From positions 1 to 64,000 of IMG/VR virus record IMGVR_UViG_3300029908_000004: a stretch of 64,000 nt of DNA; one strand, 5' to 3'. The notes below the pieces were generated by a model. It saw only the letters and a program-made list of their open reading frames with translations, ran no database searches and was not told where the DNA came from. The position numbers and the translations under genes are program-made. Positions 7,510-17,859 of the stretch are shown one piece after another. How positions within the stretch are numbered: position 1 is the stretch's first letter; each line of letters starts with the position of its first letter.

Positions 7510-10032
7510 TTACTTACATTTAGAGTAACCACACAACACACTACATTCTGTGCAGCCTGATATAAATCTTAGCTGTGCCCCACAATCAGGGCATTTAGGT
7601 GTATGTTTTGTTATATTTTCATCTTTGATAGCTGCTAGCTTTGTCTCAATAACAAATGGTATATTGGAAATCTTTGAGGCGAAGTATGGTGCTGCCTTCT
7701 CAAAGATGACTTCATCTATTAGCTGAACGGCAGAAGTAAAACACTTACCGTTATACCATAAAGCAGACTGCCCACCAACTCTTCTTAGTTGTTGGCGTAT
7801 CTCTTTGGAAGACACATTGGATCTAAGCAATAAACTTATTAATCTACCTGCTAATTCTATCCATTCATTACCAGCGTTCTCACGTAGAAATACTTCTATT
7901 ACTCTACCCTCAATCTGATGATTAACGGTTACGTATAGCTTACCATCTCTACCATCTGGGATAACATAAGTTCCCCCATCTAGGAAATCTGGACGCTCAA
8001 TAACTTCTTTCTCTTGTATCGGTTTTAGTACTGTTTTAAGAGATGTGGGCTTCTTCTCTTCTCTTATTAGTACACCTTCACGACATCCGTCTCTGTATAC
8101 AGTTATTCCTTTTAGCTTAAGCTTGAATGCTAGGTTATATACATAAGCAACGTCCTCTACTGTGGACGTAGTTGGCATATTAACTGTTTTGGATATAGCG
8201 TTATCACAATACTTCTGAAATGCAGCTTGCATTCTAACGTGTTGTTCAGGGGTTACTTGACTAGCATCTACAAAATAACTAGGAAGTTTATCTTCTTTGT
8301 GTTCAGCTAACCAAGCTTCTGCCCTTGAATCATAGTACTCTCTTACACCAATTGTATCCTGTCTAGTATATTTAAAAGCAAATATAGGCTCTATACCAGA
8401 AGAACATTCATCTATAAGAGAAATAGTCCCTGTTGGGGCTATAACAGTAACGTGACAGTTTCTAACTCCATGCTTTTTGTACAACGAGTATAAGGTTTGG
8501 TTTTGAGTAATATAACGATGAGCAGGATGACAATTTATATCCTTAGATAATTGTCCCATCTTATTATCAAAGAATTCTACATTATTCTCTAGCTCTGGAA
8601 AGGGTCCAAACTCCTTGGAAAGCATAGTAGATTCAATCCAAGCGTAGTATTGTATCCACTGTCCTATCCTTTCACCCACTTCATATGATTCATCACTACC
8701 ATAAGCGATATGTAAATCTAATAGTAAATCTGCTACTCCCATTACACCTAAACCAATAGGTCTAGAAGCTTTGGTAGTGTCAGTTATCTCTTGGATAGGA
8801 TATTCGTTTTTCTCTATAACCGCATCTAGGAATCTAGCGGCCTTACGGGCTGTAATTGCTAATCTCTTCCAGTCTACATAGTTATACCAAGCATCTGATT
8901 TATCAGATGCTTTAGCTGTAAAGAATTTACTTACATTAATAGAACCAAGATTGCAAGAATTGTGATCTACTTGATAGTATTCCCCACACGGATTGGAATT
9001 ATGTATAGGTCCTAAAGACTTGACTGGGTTATCATCGTTGACAATATCATCAAACATAATTCCGGGTTCGGCAGAGGACCATGCTGATTCTAATATCCTC
9101 TGCCATAACAGCTTAGCTCTAACATATTTGATACCATCCTTCTCGACAACGATGTTAGCGTCATTGCGAGGATCCAGAACTGGACCTCTCCAGGGCTCAT
9201 AGCGTACTTGTTTTGCCCGTGGACCATTCTCCGGGTCATCTACAATAGCTCGGCGCAACATAAAGAGTCCATCTTCTTCAAGTACTTTCATGAACTCATT
9301 AGTTACTTTAACAGAGATATTGAAACCAGAGAATGGGGAATGCCAAGTATCTTGCTGAACACTGTTTCCATGGTCGGTGACGTCAAGCCAACCGACATCC
9401 TGCGCTACCTGGCGAGCTTGCTCTAGGCTCAGACCGTACTGGTTTAGCAGGGTGTTCAACAACCAAGGCCCAGTCTTGACTTTGCAATCTATAAAAGCCA
9501 AGATTTCAGGGTGCCAGACAGCTAACATCCACATCATAGCGATGCGCCTTCTGCCTCCCTGAACAATCGCTTCGCTCATAGCCTGAAATGGACCCATGAA
9601 GCTTATAACACCTGAAGCGATTCCACCTGAATTAGTTAACGCACCATATGGTCGGATTTGAGACCCGTCCATGCCAATACCACCACCAGTCTTCCCAATA
9701 ATGGCACCGTCTTGAATTGCTTTGAAGATACCTGGTATATCATCTGGTACATGGAGGATATAACAAGCAGATAAAGACTTCTTACTTACATAAGGATTCC
9801 CAGCATTAAACCATGTTGGGGAATTAGGAGAAAACTCCTGATTATACATTAGTCTGAAGAAAGATTCTTCTAGACCCTGTGGTTCCCCTGATGGATAAGC
9901 GCTGGAAATATCTTTTGCTACACGACGACAACAATGCTCCCATTCCGTCTCGATTTTATTGCCTTGTGGATCACGGAGATAGTAGCGTTCACTTAACACC
10001 TTTTCGGTGTTAGGTTTTAAAACTCTTCCCAT
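7510..10032 (-). CDS. nrdJ: Class II (adenosylcobalamin-dependent) ribonucleotide reductase with C-terminal TSCPD/zinc-ribbon domain
   Basis: PNSPTWFNAG, SACYIL, SNPCGE, CNLGSIN, RPIGLGVMG, IAPTGTIS, DNAISKTVN, LKGITVYRDG, terminal CPDCG...CSVLCGYSKC; no NrdB nearby. Confidence 0.92.
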   Translation of the reverse strand: MGRVLKPNTEKVLSERYYLRDPQGNKIETEWEHCCRRVAKDISSAYPSGEPQGLEESFFRLMYNQEFSPNSPTWFNAGNPYVSKKSLSACYILHVPDDIPGIFKAIQDGAIIGKTGGGIGMDGSQIRPYGALTNSGGIASGVISFMGPFQAMSEAIVQGGRRRIAMMWMLAVWHPEILAFIDCKVKTGPWLLNTLLNQYGLSLEQARQVAQDVGWLDVTDHGNSVQQDTWHSPFSGFNISVKVTNEFMKVLEEDGLFMLRRAIVDDPENGPRAKQVRYEPWRGPVLDPRNDANIVVEKDGIKYVRAKLLWQRILESAWSSAEPGIMFDDIVNDDNPVKSLGPIHNSNPCGEYYQVDHNSCNLGSINVSKFFTAKASDKSDAWYNYVDWKRLAITARKAARFLDAVIEKNEYPIQEITDTTKASRPIGLGVMGVADLLLDLHIAYGSDESYEVGERIGQWIQYYAWIESTMLSKEFGPFPELENNVEFFDNKMGQLSKDINCHPAHRYITQNQTLYSLYKKHGVRNCHVTVIAPTGTISLIDECSSGIEPIFAFKYTRQDTIGVREYYDSRAEAWLAEHKEDKLPSYFVDASQVTPEQHVRMQAAFQKYCDNAISKTVNMPTTSTVEDVAYVYNLAFKLKLKGITVYRDGCREGVLIREEKKPTSLKTVLKPIQEKEVIERPDFLDGGTYVIPDGRDGKLYVTVNHQIEGRVIEVFLRENAGNEWIELAGRLISLLLRSNVSSKEIRQQLRRVGGQSALWYNGKCFTSAVQLIDEVIFEKAAPYFASKISNIPFVIETKLAAIKDENITKHTPKCPDCGAQLRFISGCTECSVLCGYSKCK

Positions 10033-10068
10033 TAAAACCTTCCTGATATTACGAGATGTATACCTTTA

Positions 10069-10079
10069 TAGTATACTTT
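10069..10079 (-). promoter_or_regulatory. TATACTATAAA promoter motif upstream of nrdJ
   Basis: Same core as the HEG promoter motif, located just upstream of the ATG at 10032. Confidence 0.45.
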
Positions 10080-10282
10080 TACCAGTCTCAGGCTGGTTAA
10101 TTACTCTTTTGACTTCCCATTCTAATATAGCGGTTTCCTTAGGACAGCCACAAGGGATAGGTCTACAATTACAAGTCCTCCAGAGGACTGATACCCCATT
10201 CTCAGAGGCTTTTATAGCCTCTATCAAAGGTACATAAATAAATTTACGATCTAAATTATCTTCCGCAGAAGGAAAGATATAC

Positions 10283-11335
10283 TTACACTTTGGTTCCGGC
10301 ATTCTCGGAGTCTTCCTTTTTAGCAGCAACTATCATAGAACATATTTTGTAGATACTAGCTGCTGTGGAAGACAACGTTAAGCCGTCTTCCCATGATTGA
10401 TATAAAGATAGTTCATGGATAGCATTAGCGCATCTCATAGCGCGTTTACCATCTGATTGGAGTAGTAACCATTTAAATCTATTAGCTAATACAGAACGAA
10501 TAGCTTTACCATCCCCTGTATTAGCTTTGTTTAGGATACCACGAGTCTTTATCCAATCACCAGTTACAACTGCTTGCCATAGTTCAGAGACATTAACACC
10601 AATAAGATCAACAGGTTGAGCAGCTTCTTCTGGACTAGCACCAGCTAAACACTTCTCCATAGCCATCACAGCTAACCCCGGGCTAGTTATACCATTAGCT
10701 TTGAGAGCTATTATTAGCTTATCAGAGACTTTGTCTGGTAACATAGGTTGATTAGCTGCTGCCAAATGTAGATTAACACAGGTTACCAATTCTGCTAGTC
10801 CGTCTTCATTGACCCCCGGCAGAACAAAAGTTAGACATCTCCGCTTTATCGCTGGTAATAACTTGGCAGGATTCGTGGTACAAAGTATCCATATAGTATT
10901 ACTGGATTCCTCTTCAAATGACTTCAACAACACAGTTTGAGCTGGTTCAGTCGTTTTATGAACTTCATCTAGTATAATTATCCTGTGATCACCTTCTAAG
11001 GGGTATCTCCCAGCTAAGCTAACCAATGCCCTAGCATCATCTATACCATTGTTATCTGGTACATTTTGTTCGGTGATACTAAATGAGTTCTCATCATATT
11101 TTTTTATACATTCTATACAAGGCTCACCAAACTCTTTTACATGTTTACATTGTAAAGATACAGCTATGATCCTAGCTATAGTGGTTTTCCCAGAGCCCGG
11201 CTCTCCAATGAAAAGCCAGACTTTGGGGATTCTACCATTGGCTATTTGATTACGAATTTGATCTGTTATACCACGCGTGCCAACCATCATGTCTAAACGT
11301 TTAGGTCGACACGTTATACTAAGATTTTGGTCCAC
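10283..11335 (-). CDS. dnaX: DnaX (gamma/tau)-like clamp loader AAA+ subunit
   Basis: GEPGSGKTT Walker A, C..PCIECI zinc motif, IIILDEVH Walker B, CTTNPAKLLPAIKRRC. Confidence 0.88.
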   Translation of the reverse strand: MDQNLSITCRPKRLDMMVGTRGITDQIRNQIANGRIPKVWLFIGEPGSGKTTIARIIAVSLQCKHVKEFGEPCIECIKKYDENSFSITEQNVPDNNGIDDARALVSLAGRYPLEGDHRIIILDEVHKTTEPAQTVLLKSFEEESSNTIWILCTTNPAKLLPAIKRRCLTFVLPGVNEDGLAELVTCVNLHLAAANQPMLPDKVSDKLIIALKANGITSPGLAVMAMEKCLAGASPEEAAQPVDLIGVNVSELWQAVVTGDWIKTRGILNKANTGDGKAIRSVLANRFKWLLLQSDGKRAMRCANAIHELSLYQSWEDGLTLSSTAASIYKICSMIVAAKKEDSENAGTKV

Positions 11336-11553
11336 TACGGTTCCTCTATATTAAAATCATCAAAATATTTAACATCAGCATCAGTTTCACTGGAAAGAGT
11401 GTCTCTATTATTAGCTATTTTTATCAAGTCGTTGAGTGATGTACCCTCAGGAATGATAATTATCTCTTCGGTGTTGTTACCTTTTATACCAATATGTACA
11501 GGTAACCCAGCTACCAATAGCATTACGTCTGCTGCAGTTATACGTATATTCAT
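11335..11553 (-). CDS. Hypothetical protein
   Basis: 72-aa ORF translationally coupled to dnaX. Confidence 0.55.
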   Translation of the reverse strand: MNIRITAADVMLLVAGLPVHIGIKGNNTEEIIIIPEGTSLNDLIKIANNRDTLSSETDADVKYFDDFNIEEP

Positions 11554-11588
11554 TTAAACTAAACTTCTCCCTACAACTATTCCTAATC

Positions 11589-12347
11589 TTAAATGAGCGA
11601 TCTGCCTAGTATTTGTGAACTATAAGAATCTAACATAGCTGTAAATGTAGCCAATGGATTACGTTTATAAACACTTTCACTTGTAGTAACCGCTCTACCA
11701 AAACCAAAGTGTTCAGATGAGAAGCCACCTTCAGCAAAGCAGACAGCTGACCACTGTTCCTCTGTTGTTGGTATGCCCCTCTTCATTAACTCTACTGCTG
11801 TCTTTGCTTCTGGAGTAAGAATGTCATAGACATTTTCCCTATAAGTAAACACTTGTGCAGGTAGAAACTTTTTACTATTTCTCTGTCTATCTTCATCTGT
11901 AATCTCACGGTATAGCCACACCTTAGCAAAATCATGAAGGAAGATAGTTATAATTAAGTCTGTTTTAGAGAAGGTAAAGTCCCCTGGATATAGTTCCATG
12001 ATGTCTAACCCCATACCTAACATCTCACAACAGTGTTGGTCTAGTCCACCTACCCACCAGTGATGATGCTTAGCACCAGCACATAATTTTCTGAATGCTG
12101 GGTAGGCGTCATGGAGTTCTAAGTATTTCTGCTGTAGTTCTATTGGCTCTATCTGTAATAGGTACTCACGCATATTAGTTTCTAAGTACCTCTTACGGAT
12201 CAGTCTAGCATTCTCTTGCTTAAGCTTGGGTATAACCTCACGTATGTGATATTTAGTTACTTCCACTTTCTCAGGCTCCGGCTGGACTACTGGTACTACC
12301 TCTTTTTCCTTCTCATTCTCCATTTTAATCCTCGTCCCATTCTCCAT
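11589..12347 (-). CDS. HD-domain phosphohydrolase (YhaM-like)
   Basis: AGAKHHHWWVGGLDQHCCEM...IFLHDFAKV. Confidence 0.75.
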   Translation of the reverse strand: MENGTRIKMENEKEKEVVPVVQPEPEKVEVTKYHIREVIPKLKQENARLIRKRYLETNMREYLLQIEPIELQQKYLELHDAYPAFRKLCAGAKHHHWWVGGLDQHCCEMLGMGLDIMELYPGDFTFSKTDLIITIFLHDFAKVWLYREITDEDRQRNSKKFLPAQVFTYRENVYDILTPEAKTAVELMKRGIPTTEEQWSAVCFAEGGFSSEHFGFGRAVTTSESVYKRNPLATFTAMLDSYSSQILGRSLI

Positions 12348-12708
12348 AATTCAATGGTATACATTCATCAAAGTCTGAGTAAGCATCTGATGATAAGTAT
12401 ACAGAAACTCCTTTATCCCCTATGTATGCTATGACTGCTGGTTCACCATTGAAATAAGGAGCTTTAAGATTTATGATAATTTTCTGTCCGACATAAGGCT
12501 CACACATAGCATCTCCTATTTATTGCTTATCTACTCCCTACGTAATGGATAGAGGGCACCTTGGTAATCTGTATACGCTTGATCTGGGTCATCATCTACC
12601 CTTATTGTCTCATCATCTATCTCTACTGCATTGCTCTCAGCATCTACATCTTCTGAGTCAGCTACTCTTAGTGATACATTTACATAGTAGATTTTCATTT
12701 CCTATTAC

Positions 12709-12963
12709 CTAATCCTTCTTCAGGGCGTCGTTTATTTGGCAGCGTAGGCACCCAGCGTCTTCATAATTATCGTGTTTAATTTCAATTAATGCCTCACGTA
12801 GAAGCTCTTCCAATCTTTCTATACGTAGCTCAGCAGCCTTGGTCTCTGCCGTCCTAGCAGCTTTTACTAGCTCTCGTAAACATGACCACTCCGCATTGTT
12901 TAGATGATCGGCATTACGATATTTCTTAAGTAAATCAGATAGTTCTTTCTCAGTAGTTTCCAT
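12709..12963 (-). CDS. Hypothetical protein
   Basis: 84-aa ORF in the gene string. Confidence 0.55.
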   Translation of the reverse strand: METTEKELSDLLKKYRNADHLNNAEWSCLRELVKAARTAETKAAELRIERLEELLREALIEIKHDNYEDAGCLRCQINDALKKD

Positions 12964-12973
12964 ATTTCCAGTA

Positions 12974-13870
12974 TTATTTGTCTAACCTCAAACGATTAAA
13001 TACAGGAAATCTCATGGATTTATCTTCTGTTATTTCCTGAAACTTTACTTCAAATATTTGATCGATTAGCTTGCCTTCTTTATACATTTTCCAGAAGGTT
13101 TCCCTCTGGGTGTCATCAAAACCAGTGCCACATTCGGAGATAACGTGGTAAGATTTGTCATTCCACTCTACATCCCCTTCAAGTAGAACCTTGCCTAACC
13201 TTCCTACATGCTTACCATTACCCTCATAGGCTTCAGTAACAAATAAATCAGCGTCTGTCCATGGCTTAATCTTTAACCAATATGGGGAGCGTCTGCCTAG
13301 TTCATAAGGTCCGTCAGGATCCTTAACCATTCCACCTTCATAGCCCTTCTCTAACAAGTGAACGTACTCTTCTTGTATCTGAGCATAAGATGTAACTATT
13401 TGGTGTTCAACAAGTATCACACCATTAGGGTTAGCAGAACTCAAAGCATTTTCTAGCTTAGCATATCTATCTCGTAGTGGGGCATCTGTCCCACACAACT
13501 GGCCATGTACTAGGGGTACCATATCAAAGATATTAAACCTAATGTTAGCAGCGTCAGGATGTGGTTCTCTCTGTCTCTTCAGAATAGACATGGATTTATT
13601 CCAATTCTCACTGAAGAATTCACCATCGAGGAAATGATTAGCAAACTGTTTGCGAGTAAGTTGTTCTAGTATATGATCAATGTTCCAGAATGGCTTACCA
13701 TTACGGCTAAATCCAACTGCCTTACCTTTATTATCTACGATAACACCACGTAAACCATCTAGTTTTGGTTCCAACCACCATGGCTTGGTAATTTTAAATC
13801 TCTTTGGATTCAGTGTCTTAGCTAGCTGTGGATTTATAAGGAAAGAATGTTCTGGAGTTGTATCGCTCAT
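12974..13870 (-). CDS. lig: ATP-dependent DNA ligase
   Basis: EPKLDGLR adenylation motif, LDGEF, FDMV, EGGMVK, WLKIKP, ECGTGF, RFPVFNRLRLDK. Confidence 0.95.
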   Translation of the reverse strand: MSDTTPEHSFLINPQLAKTLNPKRFKITKPWWLEPKLDGLRGVIVDNKGKAVGFSRNGKPFWNIDHILEQLTRKQFANHFLDGEFFSENWNKSMSILKRQREPHPDAANIRFNIFDMVPLVHGQLCGTDAPLRDRYAKLENALSSANPNGVILVEHQIVTSYAQIQEEYVHLLEKGYEGGMVKDPDGPYELGRRSPYWLKIKPWTDADLFVTEAYEGNGKHVGRLGKVLLEGDVEWNDKSYHVISECGTGFDDTQRETFWKMYKEGKLIDQIFEVKFQEITEDKSMRFPVFNRLRLDK

Positions 13871-13881
13871 TTTATAACCTC

Positions 13882-14532
13882 TTAGAAAGAAATATCAATT
13901 TCTGTTATTATAGGTCCAGTACGTAGAAAGGATTCTGGAGAAAAGTCTTCTACTGTCCTAAATTCACCAATAGCTAGGTATAATGAAGAACATAGAGAAA
14001 ACACATCTACTTTTGATCCGTATATAGATATTGGGTACCCTCCACCACGAGCATTGTTATGGAAGTCAATTCTACTCATGATAGGCTTATCTAGAACCGG
14101 GATATCAGGAGAAACTAATATTCTTTTACATATAAAGTAGCTACGTCTACCTAGACCACACCTATAACATTGTATACCACATTCCTTAAGCTCAACAGAT
14201 GGTAGGTATTGTCGTTTTCTATACAAAGGCCAATTAGTTGGGGTCTCACACTTTATTTCTAACTGCATTGCGTTATACATATCATTTACAAGGTCACGGA
14301 GAGCCCAATCATTACCTTCAAAGTATACAGATGTCTCTGGTACTGACTCTTTCGAATGAAAACCTATTTGATAAAATATAGATTCGTATCTATCTTTTAT
14401 TTTTATGTGAGGCTCAACTTCATTAATAGATATGCTAGCTACTTTAAATCTATCTCTCCAATTTGTGGAGTAGTTATTTCTTTGCACAATTACATTTAGA
14501 CCAGACATATCAAGCTTATCCATTTGTTTCAC
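13882..14532 (-). CDS. Hypothetical protein
   Basis: 216-aa ORF in the operon. Confidence 0.65.
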   Translation of the reverse strand: MKQMDKLDMSGLNVIVQRNNYSTNWRDRFKVASISINEVEPHIKIKDRYESIFYQIGFHSKESVPETSVYFEGNDWALRDLVNDMYNAMQLEIKCETPTNWPLYRKRQYLPSVELKECGIQCYRCGLGRRSYFICKRILVSPDIPVLDKPIMSRIDFHNNARGGGYPISIYGSKVDVFSLCSSLYLAIGEFRTVEDFSPESFLRTGPIITEIDISF

Positions 14533-15211
14533 TAATCTCTTTCATTAAATCTAGTATCTTATTTGAATCTAAGTATTCTCTCTTAAATAGGAGTAAGTTT
14601 TGTTCCACTCTACCAGTCTTCTCTGGAGAAGGCTCTCTAAGTAGATAAGCTGGGTGTACCATGCAGAATACAGCGATGTTTGGTAAAATAGAAGTAGTAA
14701 ACCACCGTCCTTCATGAGTGTTTCCTTTCGGTTCCCCTCCAAGTATGGTTTTAGCCGCTACCCAGCCTAAAGTTATAACCACTTCTAAGTTTGGCATAGC
14801 AGTAAGCACACGAAGGGTTCTACTACCAAAGCAGGCTTTTATTTCATCTTTATCTGGAGGTTTCTGTGAAAGTCTGCCATCTACCCTTTGTTTTCCCGGT
14901 TGACATTGAACTACATTTGTTAATAAACATCTGTTCTGGTCTAGATTTATGAATCTTGCCCACTTATCCCACTCTCTACCTGATACACCTACTAACGGCT
15001 GCCCACGTTCTGTTTCTGTATCGCCCGGCGCTTCGCCTATGACCGCTACATTTCCATCTGGGTTACCACGTAGAATTAATCCCCTATTGTCTGGGTGTAA
15101 ATAAGATAACCTACATTCATTACAGGTTTTGGATAGTTCTTTGATTACTACCCTAGGGTCCTCTTTTATATTCGATTTTGTATCTGTTACAAGGAATGTT
15201 AATTGCCCCAC
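14516..15211 (-). CDS. Uracil-DNA glycosylase, family 4
   Basis: CNECRL, VIGEAPG..E...G.PLVG.SG, LTNVVQC, KAC, MVHPAYLLR. Confidence 0.9.
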   Translation of the reverse strand: MGQLTFLVTDTKSNIKEDPRVVIKELSKTCNECRLSYLHPDNRGLILRGNPDGNVAVIGEAPGDTETERGQPLVGVSGREWDKWARFINLDQNRCLLTNVVQCQPGKQRVDGRLSQKPPDKDEIKACFGSRTLRVLTAMPNLEVVITLGWVAAKTILGGEPKGNTHEGRWFTTSILPNIAVFCMVHPAYLLREPSPEKTGRVEQNLLLFKREYLDSNKILDLMKEISETNG

Positions 15212-15365
15212 GTTCGTTTTCTCCTACCAATTGTAGCTGAAGCGTCCCAGAATATTTCGTCTCTTAATTGGAACCTCCATGACGTCATCAGCACCATTGT
15301 AAAGCTACAAAGTACAAGCATCCAGAACTTCTTTGTGGCTAGTATTGACACAATGAAGTCGATCA

Positions 15366-16526
15366 CTATGGTTTTATCCCCATAACAACATATTTAGTTG
15401 TTATTTCATCCTCACCATCAGTAATAACTAATGGCTGTAACGGACCAGTAATCCCAACTTTCAGAGTTAGAGACTTAGATACACTAACTATATTAGACAA
15501 GTAGTCTATACCAATAGCTATCTTTATTGGTTCCTCTGTGTTAACATCCGCTGGTAACATTACTGGTAGAACATCATAAGAGTCACCTACCCCAGAGTCA
15601 TTCTTGGTAGTTATATATAATTCCGCTTTCTTTAACTCTATGTCTACGTATCCCTTGGAGTTCCGAAAGGTATTTGCCCTATCTAAGGCAGCTTTAAAAG
15701 CCATCCTATCGATAGTGAAAGTGATATTCCCCTTCTTCTCAAACACACTAGTTAGATTAGGATATTTACCAGACAATAAGATAGTGCCATACATAGTGTC
15801 ACCACATTTAAACACTATTTTATTGTTCCCATACCTAATTATGTTTATTACTTCTGTGGATCTCTTACCTAATAGTTTACCTAAAGGGGCTAGGGAAGCT
15901 TGAGGTAACTTAATTCCTTCTAATTCCCCCGGTTGTGCTTTAGATGCTTTAACGATTACACTTACAGCTATACAGTTATCTGTAGCTTGACCTTCATACC
16001 CAGTAGATGTACTTACTACATTCAAACAACTAAATATGTTACTTTGTCCAGTGTTATCTGTTGGTATACAGAACTGAGCACGACGAATGAACTCTGCCAT
16101 GTCTTTACCATTAACCTTGAAGATAGAAGGTTCCGTAAATGGTAACTTCTTTAGCTGATTTTCAACAGCAATAACGTTTATATCTGCAGTAACATGGAAT
16201 TTAGCCTTACCAAAGGCTACCTTTATTTTCTTGCCTTCTGATTCTAACGTAAGAGCAATCTCGTCGTCTCTTGGTCTGCCTTGCAAGCCACCTATTAATT
16301 GATCTGGGTTAAGAAGAACTTTACCCTCTTCCTCAATGATAGCTGGTATTTTAGTTAGGGTTTCTGAAAGTAGATTTGTAGAATAGATATATAAAAACTG
16401 CTGATCTGCTGATTTCTTCACCGCTTGTATATACACACAAGCAGTGGAGGTAGCACGTTTATCCGCAGTAGCAAAAACCTGGTTGACAGCGTCAACCAGG
16501 CTTCCAATGTTTACTTTGAGCCTCAT
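15366..16526 (-). CDS. dnaN: DNA polymerase III beta sliding clamp
   Basis: 386 aa with three-domain clamp features: QATDNCIA, LSGKYPNL, IGIDYL, C-terminal YVVMGIKP. Confidence 0.85.
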   Translation of the reverse strand: MRLKVNIGSLVDAVNQVFATADKRATSTACVYIQAVKKSADQQFLYIYSTNLLSETLTKIPAIIEEEGKVLLNPDQLIGGLQGRPRDDEIALTLESEGKKIKVAFGKAKFHVTADINVIAVENQLKKLPFTEPSIFKVNGKDMAEFIRRAQFCIPTDNTGQSNIFSCLNVVSTSTGYEGQATDNCIAVSVIVKASKAQPGELEGIKLPQASLAPLGKLLGKRSTEVINIIRYGNNKIVFKCGDTMYGTILLSGKYPNLTSVFEKKGNITFTIDRMAFKAALDRANTFRNSKGYVDIELKKAELYITTKNDSGVGDSYDVLPVMLPADVNTEEPIKIAIGIDYLSNIVSVSKSLTLKVGITGPLQPLVITDGEDEITTKYVVMGIKP

Positions 16527-16541
16527 AAGGCTTCTCCCACT

Positions 16542-17378
16542 TTAATTACTTAGTCTATCGTGACTCTCTTGAGAAACACTTGATATATGACGTTTCTTCT
16601 GACAAGAAACACAAAGATTCGCGTTGTACTTTTGCTTACTATTCGAAAGAACTTCTGGTATAGTAAGAGTAACTTCCCTGTTATTCACGGTTAGAATTGT
16701 AGTAGTTATAGGTTCACTGCAATCTTCACACTTCTGTGTGGGTATAAAGTGATCTGGTAGCTTAGGTTCTACTACCCACTTCCTTGCATCAGAATCGTAT
16801 GGAAATTCCATTGCTTCCATCTGATAGAAGTACTTTCCCGGACCGAAGGTAGATATACATCTTTTAACAGCCTGTGCAAAGGCAGAAGTAAAGGCATTCT
16901 CATCGCTACCTTCCTTCTCTCCTGTATCGCTAGCTACGCCTAATCCATCGATCCATACGGTTACCACACAACCTATCTTGTTACCGGGGTATACCTTATC
17001 TTCTGTAGCTGGTGAGCTACCATAACCCTTCTTACCCTTAACTAACTTCTGATAGTCAGTTGGGTACATGTTTTCGATCTTTACGCCCCAGTTCCAACGA
17101 CCAACTACTTTATTAAGTCGATCGTAGTACACACGGGTATCTGCGTATGCTGCTGCTACTGCTGTCTTAGCTCTATAGTTAACACTCTGTGGTCTAAATG
17201 AAACTTCTGAAGGTTCGAAATATTCTTCTAACTTTCTTAGTACTTCTTCGCGATTCTCCTCAGTAACTTTGTCTACTGGGAATCTAATTTCTGGCATCTG
17301 TTTTCTATGGCTCCGGGTAATTAAATAAAAACTTGGTACCTTTTCGATCTCTGATCGTGAAAGTAGCAAGTTCCCCAC
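16542..17378 (-). CDS. Rad52/Rad22-family ssDNA annealing protein
   Basis: AYADTRVYYDRLNKVVGRWNW...FAQAVKRCISTFGPGKYFY, plus a C-terminal zinc finger. Confidence 0.8.
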   Translation of the reverse strand: MGNLLLSRSEIEKVPSFYLITRSHRKQMPEIRFPVDKVTEENREEVLRKLEEYFEPSEVSFRPQSVNYRAKTAVAAAYADTRVYYDRLNKVVGRWNWGVKIENMYPTDYQKLVKGKKGYGSSPATEDKVYPGNKIGCVVTVWIDGLGVASDTGEKEGSDENAFTSAFAQAVKRCISTFGPGKYFYQMEAMEFPYDSDARKWVVEPKLPDHFIPTQKCEDCSEPITTTILTVNNREVTLTIPEVLSNSKQKYNANLCVSCQKKRHISSVSQESHDRLSN

Positions 17379-17480
17379 ACTTTGAACAAGGTTCTTTTTT
17401 ATCTGTATCGTAGTGGGCCACGATTACTTCAAAGGTTTCTTTACATTTAGGGCATATATATTCGTATATAGGAATTTTAT

Positions 17481-17849
17481 TTATCCTTTTACGGCTGGTT
17501 CTTCCACAGCCCCAACACTAGACACACGGTACCTAGTATTAAACTTGAACTTTCCTAGCTTCTTTACATGTTCCATAGCGCGTAGAGCTTTGGTACAAAT
17601 CTCTGTATCAATGGACCCAGAGAAGGCAGTAACAACTTCTTTACTGCCATTCCTATATTGTACCGTATTTGGGCTCTGAAAAGCAAATACTTTAGACGCT
17701 ATTTTCTTGTATGGGATACCTCTTATAGCATTCCCATCTTCCACAATACAAAGATCAACGTAAGCTAGTACACCAGTATTTTTATAGACTTCCTCTGTGC
17801 AAGTTGTTACTATTGCATGTGTTACACCTACCAATAATGGTGGCATCAT
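17481..17849 (-). CDS. Hypothetical protein
   Basis: 122-aa ORF in the operon. Confidence 0.55.
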   Translation of the reverse strand: MMPPLLVGVTHAIVTTCTEEVYKNTGVLAYVDLCIVEDGNAIRGIPYKKIASKVFAFQSPNTVQYRNGSKEVVTAFSGSIDTEICTKALRAMEHVKKLGKFKFNTRYRVSSVGAVEEPAVKG

Positions 17850-17859
17850 ACCCTCCTAG

